Notes under the pieces: model-generated
What the model was told of the DNA's origin: nothing
Database searches by the model: none
Seen by the model: only the letters and a program-made list of their open reading frames with translations
Shown: positions 24,375-37,229 of the stretch, one piece after another
Layout of the letters: each line of letters begins with the position of its first letter
Numbering within the stretch: the first letter of the stretch is position 1
Source of the DNA: Squalus acanthias
Taxonomy: Eukaryota
Assembly: GCA_030390025.1 (NCBI GenBank)
Contig: CM059432.1
Span: forward strand, 34,598,001-34,662,000
Reading direction: 5' to 3'
DNA length: 64,000 bases
Translations under genes and position numbers: made by a program

Positions 24375-24857
24375 CTGAAGGAACAGAGATTTTAATGTCA
24401 GATCGCAGCTCCAGATGAGATGGCTAGTGTCAGTGTGTCGGGACAGGTGTTTGGCTTGGCCTCGCTCGATGGGCCCATCCGAGTTGTGTCGAGCAGGGAG
24501 TCAATGAGCAGAGGATGTTGCATTTCCCAGAAGGATAGAATTTTAAGGGGTAAGACTCCTCCCCTTCCCTCTTGCCCCATGCACCTGGGCAATCTCTGGC
24601 ATCTCCTGGTAGCCACCTACAGGGACGCATTGTCGGCAATTTGAGAATGAGCAGTGTGACCGCTCATAGGAATAGGAGTAGGCCTTTCAGCCCCACGAGC
24701 CTGTTCCGGCACTCAATTAGATCATGGCTGATATTTACCTCAACTCCATTTACCTGCCTTTGCTCCATATACTTTGACACCCTTACCTAACAAAAATCCA
24801 TCTATCTCAGTCTAGAAAGAAAGAGTGGAACAGAAGAATAGGGAAGGGAGATATTCA

Positions 24858-25110
24858 ACAACAACAACAACAACAACATGCATTTATGTAGCATCTTTAA
24901 CATAGTAAAATGTCCCAAGGGGCTTCGCTGGAGCGTAATCTGACAAAAAATGACTCCAAACCAAAGAAAGTGTTATGAGGAGGAGGGACTAAAAGCTTGG
25001 TCAAAGAGGTAAGTTTTAAGGAGGAGAGAGCGAGGTGGAGAGATTTAGGGAGGGAATTCCAAAGCTTGAGGCTTAGACAGGTGAAGGCATGGCTGCCAAT
25101 GGTGGGGCGA
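24858..25110 (-). mobile_element. L2 LINE 3' end fragment
   Basis: (caa)n tail and reverse-complement match to 10590-10833. Confidence 0.75.
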
Positions 25111-25532
25111 AGGAAATGAGAGTTGCGAATGAAGTGGGGAAAAGCACAAAAGAAACATAAAAATAACCCTCCATGAACAAAGGAAGTGAGGAAAACATAA
25201 ATTACAGTTATAAGGGGTCGTTTTCAGACATCGAGTTCCTGGAAGGGAGCCTTGTCCGTTGTATTGGAAATTCCGGCATACACCCTGTATTGTTTTTCGT
25301 AAAATCATGTGCAACGTGTGCCGGAATTTGCCAAACCAGCTCTTCAACCATGACTTTGGTCACCTTCGCTCCTGCTATTCCTCTGTGAATGGCCTTGGGA
25401 TGTTTACAACATTAAAGGCGCTGTATGAATTCAAGTTGTTAATTTTGCCCAAGGGCAGAAGCAATATATAGACGAGGTTCTAGTATCTACAGATAAGCGG
25501 GGCCGACAGAGCAAAAGTAAAACGGTACTTAC

Positions 25533-25677
25533 AGATGAGAGGTAGTCCTGCTCCCAGGTTCTCTGTACACCCCAGTCTTTCCTCCGCCCCAGCAGTGCGT
25601 CCATGGCAGCGATCTTTGCCTTGATTTGTGGCATGTCAGAGGGCGGGATGTTTTTGACAATCTGTCGTGCCCTCCAC
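25533..25677 (-). CDS. MYO1G: Myosin I exon, TH1 start: WRARQIVKNIPPSDMPQIKAKIAAMDALLGRRKDWGVQRTWEQDYLSS
   Basis: 145 bp, phase 2/0, acceptor ctctcttgcag, donor TCT/gtaagt. Confidence 0.95.
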
Positions 25678-26004
25678 CTGCAAGAGAGTAGCATATCGTA
25701 AGAGTCAATAACAGCTAGATCGAGCAGCAAAAGATGCTAATTTTACCAGGGTTTCAACTGTCGGGAGATTGAAGAATACATAGCTCTATTAAATTTCACT
25801 CTCTCTCTCAGATAACTATGGGGTGAAATTCCTCAGGAATTCTCCTGCTCCCTGTCGGTGGAGCGGGGAGCAGCCCGGAGGAAATTCATGTTAAATTAAA
25901 ATATGTGGCATTGGTCGCACATTTTTAAAGATAATTATTTTCTGCTGCAAGGAAAAATGAGGTAAACTGCTTTGTGATGTGAATCATTGTTATGGCCTTA
26001 TGGT

Positions 26005-27067
26005 TACCATGGAGAAATTAATGGGACCTGACGACCTGCATCCTAGGGTTTTAAAAGAGGTAGCTGCAGAGATAGTGGATGCACTGGTATTAATCTTCCA
26101 GAATTCCCTAGATTCTAGAACAGTCCCCAAGGATTGGAAGGTAGCAAACATAACCCCGCTATTTAAGAAAGGAGGAAGAGAAAAAACGGGGAACTGTCGG
26201 CCAGTTAGCCTGACTTCAGTAGTAGGCAAAATGCTAGAATCTATTATTAGGGACGTGGTAACAGGGCACTTAGAAAATCATAATATGATTAGGCAGAGTC
26301 AACATGGTTTTATGAAAGGGAAATCGTGTTTGACAAATCTGTTAGAGTTTTTCGAAGATGTAACTAGTAGGATGGATAAGGGGAAACCAGTGGATGTAGT
26401 GTATATGGATTTTCAAAAAGCATTCGGTAAGGTGCCACACAAGAGGTTATTACACAAAATTAGGACTCATGGTATTGGGGGTAATATATTAGCATGGATT
26501 GAGGATTGGTTAATGGACAGAAAACAGAGAGTAGGAATAAACGGGACTTTTTCAGGTTGGCAGGTTGCAACTTGCGGCGTACCGCAAGGATCAGTGCTTG
26601 GGCCTCAGCTATTTACAATCTATATTAGTGACTTAGATGAAGGGACTGAGTGTAACGTATCCAAGTTTGCTGATGATACAAAGGTAAGCTGTGAGGAGGA
26701 CGCAAAGAGGCTGCAGAAAAATATAGACAGGTTGACTGAGTGGGCAAGAACATGGCAAATGGAATACAATGTGGGGAAGTGTGAAGTTATCCACTTTGGT
26801 AGGAAAAACAAAAAAGCAGAATATTTTTTGAATGGTGAGAGACTGGGAAATGTTTACATTCAGAGGGACCTGGGTGTCCTTGTACATGAATCACAGAAAG
26901 TTAACACGCAGGTACAGCAAGCAATTAGGAAAGCAAATGGTGTGTTAGCTTTTGTTACAAAGGGATTAGAGTATAAGAGTAAAGAAGTCTTACTACAATT
27001 ATGCAGGGGGCATTGGTGAGGCCACACCTGGAGTACCGTGTACAGTTCTGGTCTCCTTACCTAAGAA
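26005..27067 (+). mobile_element. CR1 LINE ORF2 RT fragment, 3' end cut at the Penelope insertion
   Basis: RPVSLTS, QHGF, GVPQGSVLGP, KFADDTK. Confidence 0.93.
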
Positions 27068-27156
27068 ATGATGCGGAGATGCCGGTGTTGGACTGGGGTG
27101 GACAAAAGTGAGAAGTTGCACAACACCAGGTTATAGTCCAACAGTTTTATTTGAAA

Positions 27157-27193
27157 TCACAAGTTTTCGGAGCGCTGCTCCTTCGTCAGGTGA
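27157..27193 (-). ncRNA. Hammerhead motif, family B (palindrome mutated)
   Basis: Reverse complement TCAC-CTGACGA-A-GGAGC agc GCTCC-GAAA-AC-TT-GTGA. Confidence 0.7.
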
Positions 27194-27213
27194 AGTATCT
27201 GTGATGACGGATC

Positions 27214-27603
27214 ATGAACACAGATACCGTCATCACACGTGAGGACACTACCCACCAGGTACATGGTACATACTCATGTGTCTCGGCCAACGTTGTCTAC
27301 CTGATACGTTGCAGGAAAGGATGCCCCAGAGCATGGTACATCGGCGAGACCATGCAGACACTGAGACAACGTATGAACGGACACCGCGCAACAATCGCCA
27401 GGCAGGATAGTTGCCTCCCAGTCGGGGAACACTTCAGCAGTCAAGGGCATTCAGCCTCGGATCTGCGGGCTAGCGTTCTCCAAGGCGGCCTTCGAGATAC
27501 ACGACAATGCAAAATCATCGAGCAGAAACTGATAGCCAAGTTCCGCACTCATGAGGACGGCCTCAATAGGGATATCGGGTTCATGTCACGCTACAGAACG
27601 TGA
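27214..27603 (+). pseudogene. GIY-YIG endonuclease domain of Penelope-like element (RT missing)
   Basis: C..ANVVYLIRC..C...YIGET...LRQRMNGHR...EQKLI.KF......GLNRD. Confidence 0.9.
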
Positions 27604-27870
27604 CTTGACATCGTTGTCTGTCTTTCCAGTTTTTAAAAAACATACACAAAAAAACAAACCCAAAATACAAACCCCAAAAAAGACGGAGAGAGAGGAAGGG
27701 ATATGGAGAGAGATCAGCTACAGACAGCAGGATTTGACACGTTGGACCCCCTGGGACACATCTCATTGTCTTGGCTGTGCTCTTGGTGTGTCTTTGATGT
27801 AAGGAAAGATTGTATCTCTGTAGTATCTGTGTTTATATTGTGAACTTTTGTAGATTCACTCAGTTTAACT

Positions 27871-27910
27871 TTACCTGAAGAAGGGGCAGGATAGCTCCGA
27901 AAGCTTGTAA
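27871..27910 (+). ncRNA. Hammerhead motif, family B, in 3' pLTR
   Basis: TTAC-CTGAAGA-A-GGGGC aggata GCTCC-GAAA-GC-TT-GTAA. Confidence 0.75.
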
Positions 27911-28038
27911 TTTTAAATAAATCTGTTGGACTATAACCTGGTGTTGTGCGACTTCTCATATAATAGATGCTGAAGGTGCTAGTCATAACATTCAATGTGT
28001 ATCTGCTCTGGGAGTGTTTGATTGGATAGTGTAGAGGG

Positions 28039-31000
28039 TGTGATATCTTGGGGACACAGCATATATATACAACAGCGCAACATGGCTTCTGGTAAGAACT
28101 GTACTGTACATGGCTTTATTATATACATCAGTAGTCCATCAGATGGCTCTATTACACTTCTCCTCCTTATTGAAGGAGTTAATCATAGCAAATAATCATT
28201 GTACATGACCTGCATGGTATATACAACTCTTGGTATATATTTCTCAAATGGAACCCATTTTATGTTTTCAAATTCTACTATAGAATTCTGTAACACAAAC
28301 AAAAGATATAAGCTTAGTTTCCATATTAGTCAGAGTATGAAAGGCTTAGAGGGTGCGGAATTCTTAAAGTGCATCCAGGAAAGCTTTTTGAGCCAGCATG
28401 TAGAAAGTCCTACAAGAGAGGGGGCGGTACTGGACCTAATTCTAGGGAATGTAGCCGGGCAAGTAGTAGAAGTGTTAGTAGGAGAGCATTTTGGTGACAG
28501 TGACCATAATTCGGTGAGATTTAAGGTAGTCATGGAAAAGGACAAAGGTGGACCGGAGATAAAGGTTCTAAATTGGGGGAAGGCCGATTTTAATATGATA
28601 AGGCAGGATCTGGCCAAAGTGGACTGGGATCAGCTACTTGTAGGAAAATCCACATCAGAGCAGTGGGAGTCTTTCAGAAAGGAAATAGGGAGAGTACAAC
28701 GCCAATATGTCCCCGTAAAGGTCAAGGGTGGGACCAACAAGCTCAGGGAACCCTGGATGTCAAAGGATATACAAGAATGGATTAGGAAAAAAAGGGAGGC
28801 TTTTGGCAGATACAAAGGACTAAAAACAATGGAAGCTCTAGAGGAATATAGAAAGTGCAGGGGGGTACTTAAAAAAGAAATTAGGAGAGCAAAGAGGGAG
28901 CATGAAATAACACTGGCGGGCAAAATAAAGGAAAATCCCAAGGTGTTTTATAAGTATATTAAGGGCAAGAGGATAACCAGGGAAAGAGTAGGGCCCATTA
29001 GAGACCAAAGTGACAATCTGTGTGTAGAGCCAGAAGATGTAGGTGGGGTTTTAAATGAATATTTTACATCTGTGTTCACTATGGAGAAGGACGATGTAGG
29101 CATAGAAATCAGGCAGGGGGATTGTGATATACTTGAACAAATTAGTATTGAGAGGGAGGAGGTAGTAACAGTTTTAGCAGGCTTAAAAGTGGATAAATCC
29201 CCAGGCCCAGACGAGATGTAACACAGGCTGCTGTGTGAGGCAAGGGAGGAGATTGCAGGGGTTCTGACACAAATTTTCAGAACCTCTCTGGCCACAGGGG
29301 AGGTGCCAGAGGACTGGAGAACAGCTAACGTAGTACCATTATTCAAGAAGGGTAGTAGGGATAAACCAGGGAATTATAGGCCAGTGAGTCTAACATCAGT
29401 GGGAGGGAAATTATTGGAAAAATTTCTGAGGGACAGAATTAGTCTCCACTTGGAGAGGCAAGGATTAATCATGGATAGTCAGCATGGCTTTGTCAGGGGG
29501 AGATCATGTCTGACCAATTTGATTGAATTTTTTGAGGGGGTGATTAGGTGTGTAGATGAGGGTAGTGCAGTTGATGTGGTCTACATGGACTTCAGTAAGG
29601 CTTTTGACAAAGTCCCGCATGGGAGACTGGTCAAGAAGGTAAAAGCCCATGGGATCCAGGGCAACTTGGCACATTGGATCCAAAATTGGCTTAGTGGCAG
29701 GAGGCAGAGGGTGATGGTTGAAGGTTGTTTTTGTGACTGGAAGCCTGTGTCCAGTGGTGTACCGCAGGGATTGGTGCTGGGTCCTTTGCTGTTTGTAGTG
29801 TACATTAATGATTTAGATATGAATGTAGGAGGTATGATCAGTAAGTTTGCAGATGACACGAAAATTGGTGGGGTGGTAAATAGCGAGGAGGGAAGCCTCA
29901 GGCTACAGGATGATATAGATGGGTTGGTCAGATGGGCAGAACAGTGGCAAATGGAATTTAACCCTGAAAAGTGTGAGGTGATGCATTTTGGGAGGACTAA
30001 CAAGGCAAGGGAATACACAATGGATGGTAGGACCCTAGGAAGGACAGAGGATCAGAGGGACCTTGGCGTGCATGTACATAGATCCCTGAAGGTAGCAGGA
30101 CAGGTAGATAAGGTGGTTAAGAAGGCATATGGGATACTTGCCTTCATTAGCCGAGGCATAGAATATAAGAGCAGGGAGGTTATGATGGAGCTGTACAAAA
30201 CGCTAGTTAGGCCACAGCTGGAATACTGTGTGCAGTTCTGGTCACCACACTATAGGAAGGATGTGATTGCATTGGAGAGGGTGCAGAGGAGATTCACCAG
30301 GATGTTACCTGGGCTGCAGCGCTTCAGCTATGAAGAGAGACTGGACAGGCTGGGGTTGTTTTCCTTAGAGCAGAGAAGGCTGAGGGGGGACCTGATTGAG
30401 GTGTACAGAATTATGAGGGGCATAGATAGGGTAGATAGAAAGGAACTTTTCCCCTTAGTAGAGGGGTCAATAACCAGGGGGCATAGTTTCAAGGTAAGGG
30501 GCAGGAGGTTTAGAGGGGATTTGAGGAAAAACTTTTTCACCCAGAGGGTGGTTGGAATCTGGAACTCACTGCCTGAAAGGGTGGTAGAGGCAGGAACCCT
30601 CACAACATTCAAGAAGCATTTAGATGAGCACTTGAAACGCCATAGCATACAAGGCTACGGACCAAGTGCTGGAAAATGGGATTTAAATAGACAGGGCTTG
30701 ATGGCCGGCGTGGACACGATGGGCCGAAGGGCCTCTTTCTGTGCTGTATAACTCTATGGCTCTATCTATGACTCTATTTACAGCTTAAACTTAACCACTG
30801 GTTTTCTGTTTTGAAGAGGATAACTTCTTTCGTGAACAGAACTTTCAGATCTTGTTGTAGGACTTTGACTCATTCTTGGCTGAGCCTGCGGAGAATTTTT
30901 CTCCAAGGGCTAACCTTGATCTACATTTGGACTCTGTACACTATCAGACTGTTTGTCTGCCTGACTCGTGCTCAGAATTAAATTCTGTCTTTGTCTTGGA

Positions 31001-34000
31001 CTTATTTCTGATACGTCTGATGTAGGATTTGCTACAGGTACTCTACTTGTAACAAGACTATCTGACTCATCAGAATAAATTGAATCATCCCAGCTTTCAA
31101 CTCCTTCTACATCTGTAGGTAAGATATGATCAATGTGAACAAACCTAACCTTTCCATGATCAAACATCTTGACCAAATATGTGCGAGGGCCACACATCTT
31201 CACTACTCTTCCTGGTAACCACTTTAACCATTTATGGTGATGGTTCTTCACTCTAACCTTCTGGTTTAACTTCACACTTCTCTCTAACTCTACCTTTATC
31301 ATGACTCTCTGCCTCGATTGTTTCTCTTCTACGGATTGTGCCAAGTTTGGCTTTAACAAAGAGAACCTGGTTCAAGGCTGTCGTTTGAGAAACAACTCTG
31401 CTGGTTTTCTACCAGTGGTGGTATGAGAAAATTTGCCAGTTTGTGGTCCAACGACAACTAACGTTTCTTTGGATTTGGATCCAACATTTGTTTGATGAGG
31501 GCATGTTTGACAATTTGTACTGTGCGCTCTGCTGCACCATTTGAAGCAGGGTGGTACGGTGGAACTTTGGTATGTTTCACACCATTTCTGCTCATGAACT
31601 GTGTGAACTCTTCTGAACAAAATTGCAGCCCATTATCAGACACAATTTCTTCTGGGAGGCCGTATGAAGAAAACAATCTTCGCAAATTGTCTAGTGTTTT
31701 GCTTGTTGTTATTATCCACATCGGAAACACCTCTACCCACTTTGAGTGACTATCTATCACTATGAACAATTGCTGTCCTTCTAGGAAATTCTACATGTAA
31801 CCTTTGCCACACTCTGGGAGGCCATTTCCATGGCTGTAATGGTACTGATGGTGGTTTCTTGCTCACCGATTGACATGTTGTATACTGACTGACTATGTAC
31901 TCTATATTTTTATCTAAACCTGGCCACCATAAGTAACTGTGTGCAAAGCTCTTGGTCAAGCACATGCTGGTCATGAAGAGCTCCTAACAATTTAGACCTG
32001 AACCTATTTGGGATAACCACTCTTGCTCCCCACATGATACAATCTTTATCCACTGACAATTCATTCCTACAAATGAAGTATGGATGGATATCTTCCTCTG
32101 ATACCTGGTTTGGCCTTCCATTTGCTATGTAATCATACACCTTTGACATCATTGGGTCACGTTTGGTTGCCCTACCAATCTCTTCAGCTGTGACTGGCAC
32201 CTCATCAATGTATGAGAAATAGAACACTTTTTCCTTAGTGGGTGATGGGGATTGCAACCTGGACATAGCATCAGCATTACTGTGATCAGCTGATTGTCTG
32301 TACTCAATGTCATACGTGTACGCTGACAACATCAAAGCCCATCTCTGCATTCGGGCTGCAGCTAAGGTTGGAACTGGGGACTTTGGATGGAGGATTGCTG
32401 TTAGGGGCTTATGGTCAGTATCTATGGTAATCTTACCACCAAACAAGTATTTGTGAAACTTCTTGACCCCAAAAATCAATGACAAAGCTTCCCTTTCAAT
32501 CTGTGCATAATTCCACTCAATGGCACTGAGAGTGCATGAAGCAAAAGCAATTGGTCTCTCCTCCCCACTATCTAGTACATGGGAGATCACTGCCCCAACT
32601 CCGTACGGAGAGGCGTCACACGCTAGCTTGATCTCCTTAGATACACCATAGTGAACTAACATGGTACTCTCTACTAACTGGCTTTTACACTCTTTGAGTG
32701 CTGTGACGCATTCTTTTGACCACTTGCAAGGGACCTGTTTTCTCAACAGCTCATTCAGTGGATGTAACAATGTAGCCAAGTTTGGGAGGAACTTTCCGTA
32801 ATAATTCAAAAGATCCAAAAATGATCGAAGTTCAGAGACATTCTTGGGAGTGGGTGCATTTCTGATTGCATCCAGCTTTCCCTTGGTTTGATGTAAACCA
32901 TCTTTGTCTACTCTGTGCCCTAAGTACTCCACTGAGTTTTGAAACAACTCACACTTGTGAGCAGTCACTCGTAGTCCGTGCTTCTCTAGCCATTTGAGCA
33001 CTTCATTCAACACCTTATCATGGATTTGCCTGTTTGGTGCTGAAATGATTATGTCATCCAAATAACACACTACCCCTTCAATCCCTTGCAAAATTTGGTT
33101 CATCATTCCTGGAATATGCCGGGGGCAGAAGGCACTCCAATAGCCTATTGAACTGATATAGGCCTCGGTGAGTATTTAGAGTCAAGCATGTCTTGGACTC
33201 TTCATCTAACTCAAGTTGTAGGTTGGCGTTTGATAGATCTAACTTCGAAAAGATCTGGCATTGTGAACAAATCTTTCACATTTGGCAACGTATTGGGTAG
33301 ATTACACTCTAGAACCTGGTTTACGGTTACCTTATAATCACCACACAACCTTACCTTACCATCTGACTTAGGTACAACAACAATGGGTGTAGCCCAATTA
33401 CTCAGATCTACCTTAGAGATAATGTTCTCAGTTTTTAGTCTTTTGAGTTCTTGCTCAACTTTCTCCTTGAGTGCGTATGGTACAGGATGTGGCTTGCAGT
33501 AAACTGGTCTTGTGTCCTTCTGCACTCTGACACTCGCCTTGAAGTCTTGGATCAGACTGCCCGTTACACTGAACACCTTTGGATACTGCTTGATGACATC
33601 ATCTTTCGATGCAAATTTCGCTTCCACACGAAAAATCTCATTCCAATCCAACTTCAGTGATCCAACCAATTTCTACCTATCAAGGCAGGCGTGTCTCCTG
33701 CCACTACTATGACAGGCAAGCTCTGACACTGATCCTTGTATTTCACTGGTATGGTGACACTTCCTACTACAGGGATTTGCTCTCCTAAGTAGCCTCGCAG
33801 CTCTACTTTCGACTTCTCTATTCGATAATCATGCAACTTGTCGCGATATAGCGATTCCGGTACTACACTCACGGATGCACCAGTGTCGATTTCCATGGGT
33901 ATCCTGGTTCCTGCGACATCTACTTGGATGATGATACCTCACGAATCGCTGTTATATATCTTCATGCTCCTGATGACGTGAATCTCCAGAAACTCCTCGT

Positions 34001-35030
34001 CCTGCTGCTTCTCTTCAACAGTATCTAGTGTCTGGTGATTTCTACTTCTAGCATTGCCAGTCAGTTTACTCTTCTGTCGGCACGCCTTCGCAAGATGCCC
34101 AGTTTCCTTGCCTTCACATATGGACAACTTTGAGTGATGTGTTGTCCCAGGCACTGATAGCACGACTCAATGTATTGTTACCTTGGCCAGTTGCTGAGGC
34201 CTTGGGGCCTAACTGCCTTTTACTTTTAGCCTGCAGCCAATTCACCTCAGTTGTCTGACGACTGGAAATGGCGCGGAACTCTCGGGAGTATCAGTCGGCC
34301 ATATCCATCGACATAGCTGTCGGACAAGCTAAGTCAAAAGTCAAGTTAGGGGTTGTCAACAATTTACTTCTGATACGTTCATTTTTCAACCCACAAACAA
34401 AGCGGTCACGCAAAGCTCGGTCCTGAAAGTTTCCGTAATGACAGTGAATGGATAGCTTTTTTAAAGCTTCAATGTACTCACTGATACTCTCATAATTTAA
34501 TTGATCACATGTTCCAAAACGATAACTTTCAGTAATTTCCAGGGGCTCAGGACTGTAGTGCTGTTCTAACTTGGTTAGGATCTCCTTCAGTGGTGTGCCC
34601 TTCGGCTTGGCGGGAACAAGCACATTTTTCAGGGTTTCATACACCTCGGGGCCTGCTTCAGTCAAAAAATAGCCAGTTTCATTTCTAAAACCGCCCGGTT
34701 ACGGTTTACATCATCGGGGACTTCGACGATACTATTCGCGGTGGAAAACATTTCTAGCCGCTCCCCATACGCTCCAAAAGTCCCTCGGTCATGATAGAAC
34801 TCACCCACGTGCCCTATTATTCCCATAGGCGCGGCCATCTGGACTCTGGCAACATCGGCAGTTCAGCCACGTGTGCGTGAAATTTACCACGGATTTTTAA
34901 GTTTTTCTGCAAAACAAAGAACCTCTAACAGTCCCTCCGTCGGTTGGCAGGATTATCCTCCAGCAAAAATTTCAGCTAGGAATCTGCAATCGCATCCTCA
35001 TCGCCAATTCTGTGATATCTTGGGACACTG
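28039..35030 (-). mobile_element. Decayed Ty3/Gypsy LTR retrotransposon
   Basis: gag from 34838, protease DTGAS, RT YLDD, RNase H DAS, integrase (SDNG, NGAAER) in PR-RT-RH-IN order, pol stop near 30778; PBS TGGCGATGAGGAT at 34994-35006; PPT 28157-28168; short 3' LTR 28039-28156 (TG..CA, AATAAA); many frameshifts. Confidence 0.93.
28326..30776 (+). mobile_element. CR1 LINE, 5'-truncated ORF2 (end of APE + RT), nested in the Gypsy element
   Basis: LDLIL..SDH, then RT motifs; ORFs 28199-29221 and 29303-30751 share one frame with a single stop; ctat-type tail. Confidence 0.95.
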
Positions 35031-35164
35031 CTTTGTAACGGCTGTTATATATTCATTGCTGAAGGTGCTATTCATAACATTCAATTTGTATCTAACCTGT
35101 GCTGTACCTGCCCTGGAGTGTATGATGGGACAGTACAGAAGGACCTTTACTCTGTATCGCTTAA

Positions 35165-36585
35165 TCATAGAATCATAGAATGGTTACAGCACAGAAGGAG
35201 GCCATTCGGCCCGTCGAGCCTGTGCCGGCTCTCTACCAAAGCACTTCAGCTAGTCCCACTCCCCCGCCCTTTCCCCGCAACCCTGCAAATTTTTTTCCTT
35301 CAGGTACTTATCCAATTCCCTTTTGAAAGCCACAATTGAGTCTGCCTCCACCACCCTCTCAGGCAGTGCATTCCAGATCCTAGCCACTCGCTGCGTAAAA
35401 AAGTTTTTCCTCATGTCGCCTTTGGTTCTTTTGTCAATCACCTTAAATTTGTATCCTCTGGTTCTCGACCCTTCCGCCAATGGGAACAGTTTCTCTCTAT
35501 CTACTCTGTTTAGACCCCTCATGATTTTGAACAACTCTATCAAATCTCCTCTCAACCTTCTCTACTCTAAGGAGAACAACCCCAACTTCTCCAGTCTATC
35601 CACGTAACTGAAGTCCCTCATCCCCGAAACCATTTTTGTAAATCTTTTCTGCACCCTCTCTAAGGCCTTCATATCCTTCCTAAAGTGCATTGCCCAGAAT
35701 TGAACAGAAAGGTTAATCATAACTTCCTTGCTTTTGTACTCTATGCCTCTATTTATGAAACCCAGGATCCCGTATGCTTTTTTAACCGCTTTCTCAACCT
35801 GCCCTACCACCTTCAACAATTTGTGCACATATACCCCCAGGCCTCTCTGTTCCTGCACCCCCTTTAGAATTGTACCCTTTAGTTTATATTTCCTCTCCTT
35901 GTTCTTCCTACCAAAATGTAGGAAGAACTTCGCACTTTTCTGCGTTAAGTTTCATCTGCCACTTGTCCGCCCATTCCACCAGCCTGTCTATGTCCTCTTG
36001 AAGTCTATCACTATCCTCTTCACTGTTCACTATACTTCCAAGTTTTGTGTCATCTGCAAATTTTGAAATTGTGCCCTGTACACCCAAGTCCAAGTCATTA
36101 ATATATATCCAGAAAAGCAGTGGTCCTAATACCGACCCTAGGGAACACCACTGTACACCTTCCTCCAGTCCGAAAAACAACCGTGCACCACTACTCTCTC
36201 TTTCCTGTTACTTAGCTAATTTCATATCCATGCTGCCACTGTTCCTTTTATTCCATGGGCTTCAACTTTGCTGGCAAGCCTATTATGTGGCACTTTATCA
36301 AACGCCTTTTGGAAGTCCATGTACACCACATCAACCGCATTGCCCTCATCAACCCTCTCGGTTACCTCATCAAAAAATTCAATCAAGTTAGTTAAACACG
36401 AGATAACAACAGAAAACGCTGGAAAAACTCAGCAGGCGAGGCAGCATCCGTGGAGAGAGAAACAGAGTTAACGTTTCAGGTCAAAGACCTTTCATCAGAA
36501 CTGTTAAACACGATTTGCCTTTAACAAATCTGTGCTGGCTTTCCTTAATTAATCCAAACTTGTCCAAGTGACTGTTAATTTTGCA
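35165..36585 (-). mobile_element. CR1 LINE RT to 3' end, interrupted by a 101-bp ribozyme insert
   Basis: SKFADDTKL, MRGDLIE; tctatgat-type tail. Confidence 0.92.
36466..36502 (-). ncRNA. Hammerhead motif, family A
   Basis: Reverse complement AGTT-CTGATGA-A-AGGTC ttt GACCT-GAAA-CG-TT-AACT. Confidence 0.8.
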
Positions 36586-36639
36586 TACAATAATGCGTAC
36601 AATAAGTTAATAAAATTCCTTAAAGAAAATATTTTTTAC

Positions 36640-36863
36640 CTTCTGAACAGATACTTCATGTTCTCCTCAAATTTGACTAAGACCATGGGAGGTGTTGGCC
36701 ACGTCACGCTCTTTCCATAGTCGCTCATGCTCCGTACACTCTGGAAGCGCCTCATTACCTCTATCAGATATGCCTTGACCTTGAATGTCTTGTAATAACT
36801 CATGATTGCGTAGACAGCTCTCATGCCCCGGCAACGTTTCCTAGCAAGGGCTCCCCTCCAGAT
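36640..36863 (-). CDS. MYO1G: Myosin I exon, IQ neck: IWRGALARKRCRGMRAVYAIMSYYKTFKVK...WPTPPMVLVKFEENMKYLFRR
   Basis: 224 bp, phase 0/2, acceptor tcctcaacag, donor AG/gtaaaa; completes IQ motif LQK-IWRGALAR. Confidence 0.93.
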
Positions 36864-37229
36864 CTGTTGAGGAAAACATGTGAAACAACTCGTTGAATGT
36901 GAATTCTTAGCATTTCATTGCATGTGTTTTATTCCCAAATCAAGTATCGTTGAAGGGTTGAGCAGACATTGGCCTTTCATCTCTGACACCGGGTTCAAAT
37001 CCACCTCTGATGAATGGGATGCAAGTTTCCTCTTTCTGCCATTTGTGTACAGTGAATCTCAGTCTCAAGTGGGCACGAGTCCCCAGCACCAAAACTGCAG
37101 TTACTTTATCACTAATTAGTGATGTCACTCAGGAGCACCATTGAATGGCAGGTGACAAATGGAAAAATGATGTCCTACAACACCATTATTACTGAGGTTG
37201 CAGCTGAGAGACATTAGAGGGATCTAGCC

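Larger units (their letters stand above)
27068..27958 (+). mobile_element. 5'-truncated Penelope-like retroelement with inverted pLTRs
   Basis: GIY-YIG ORF flanked by oppositely oriented repeats, each carrying a hammerhead motif. Confidence 0.88.
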
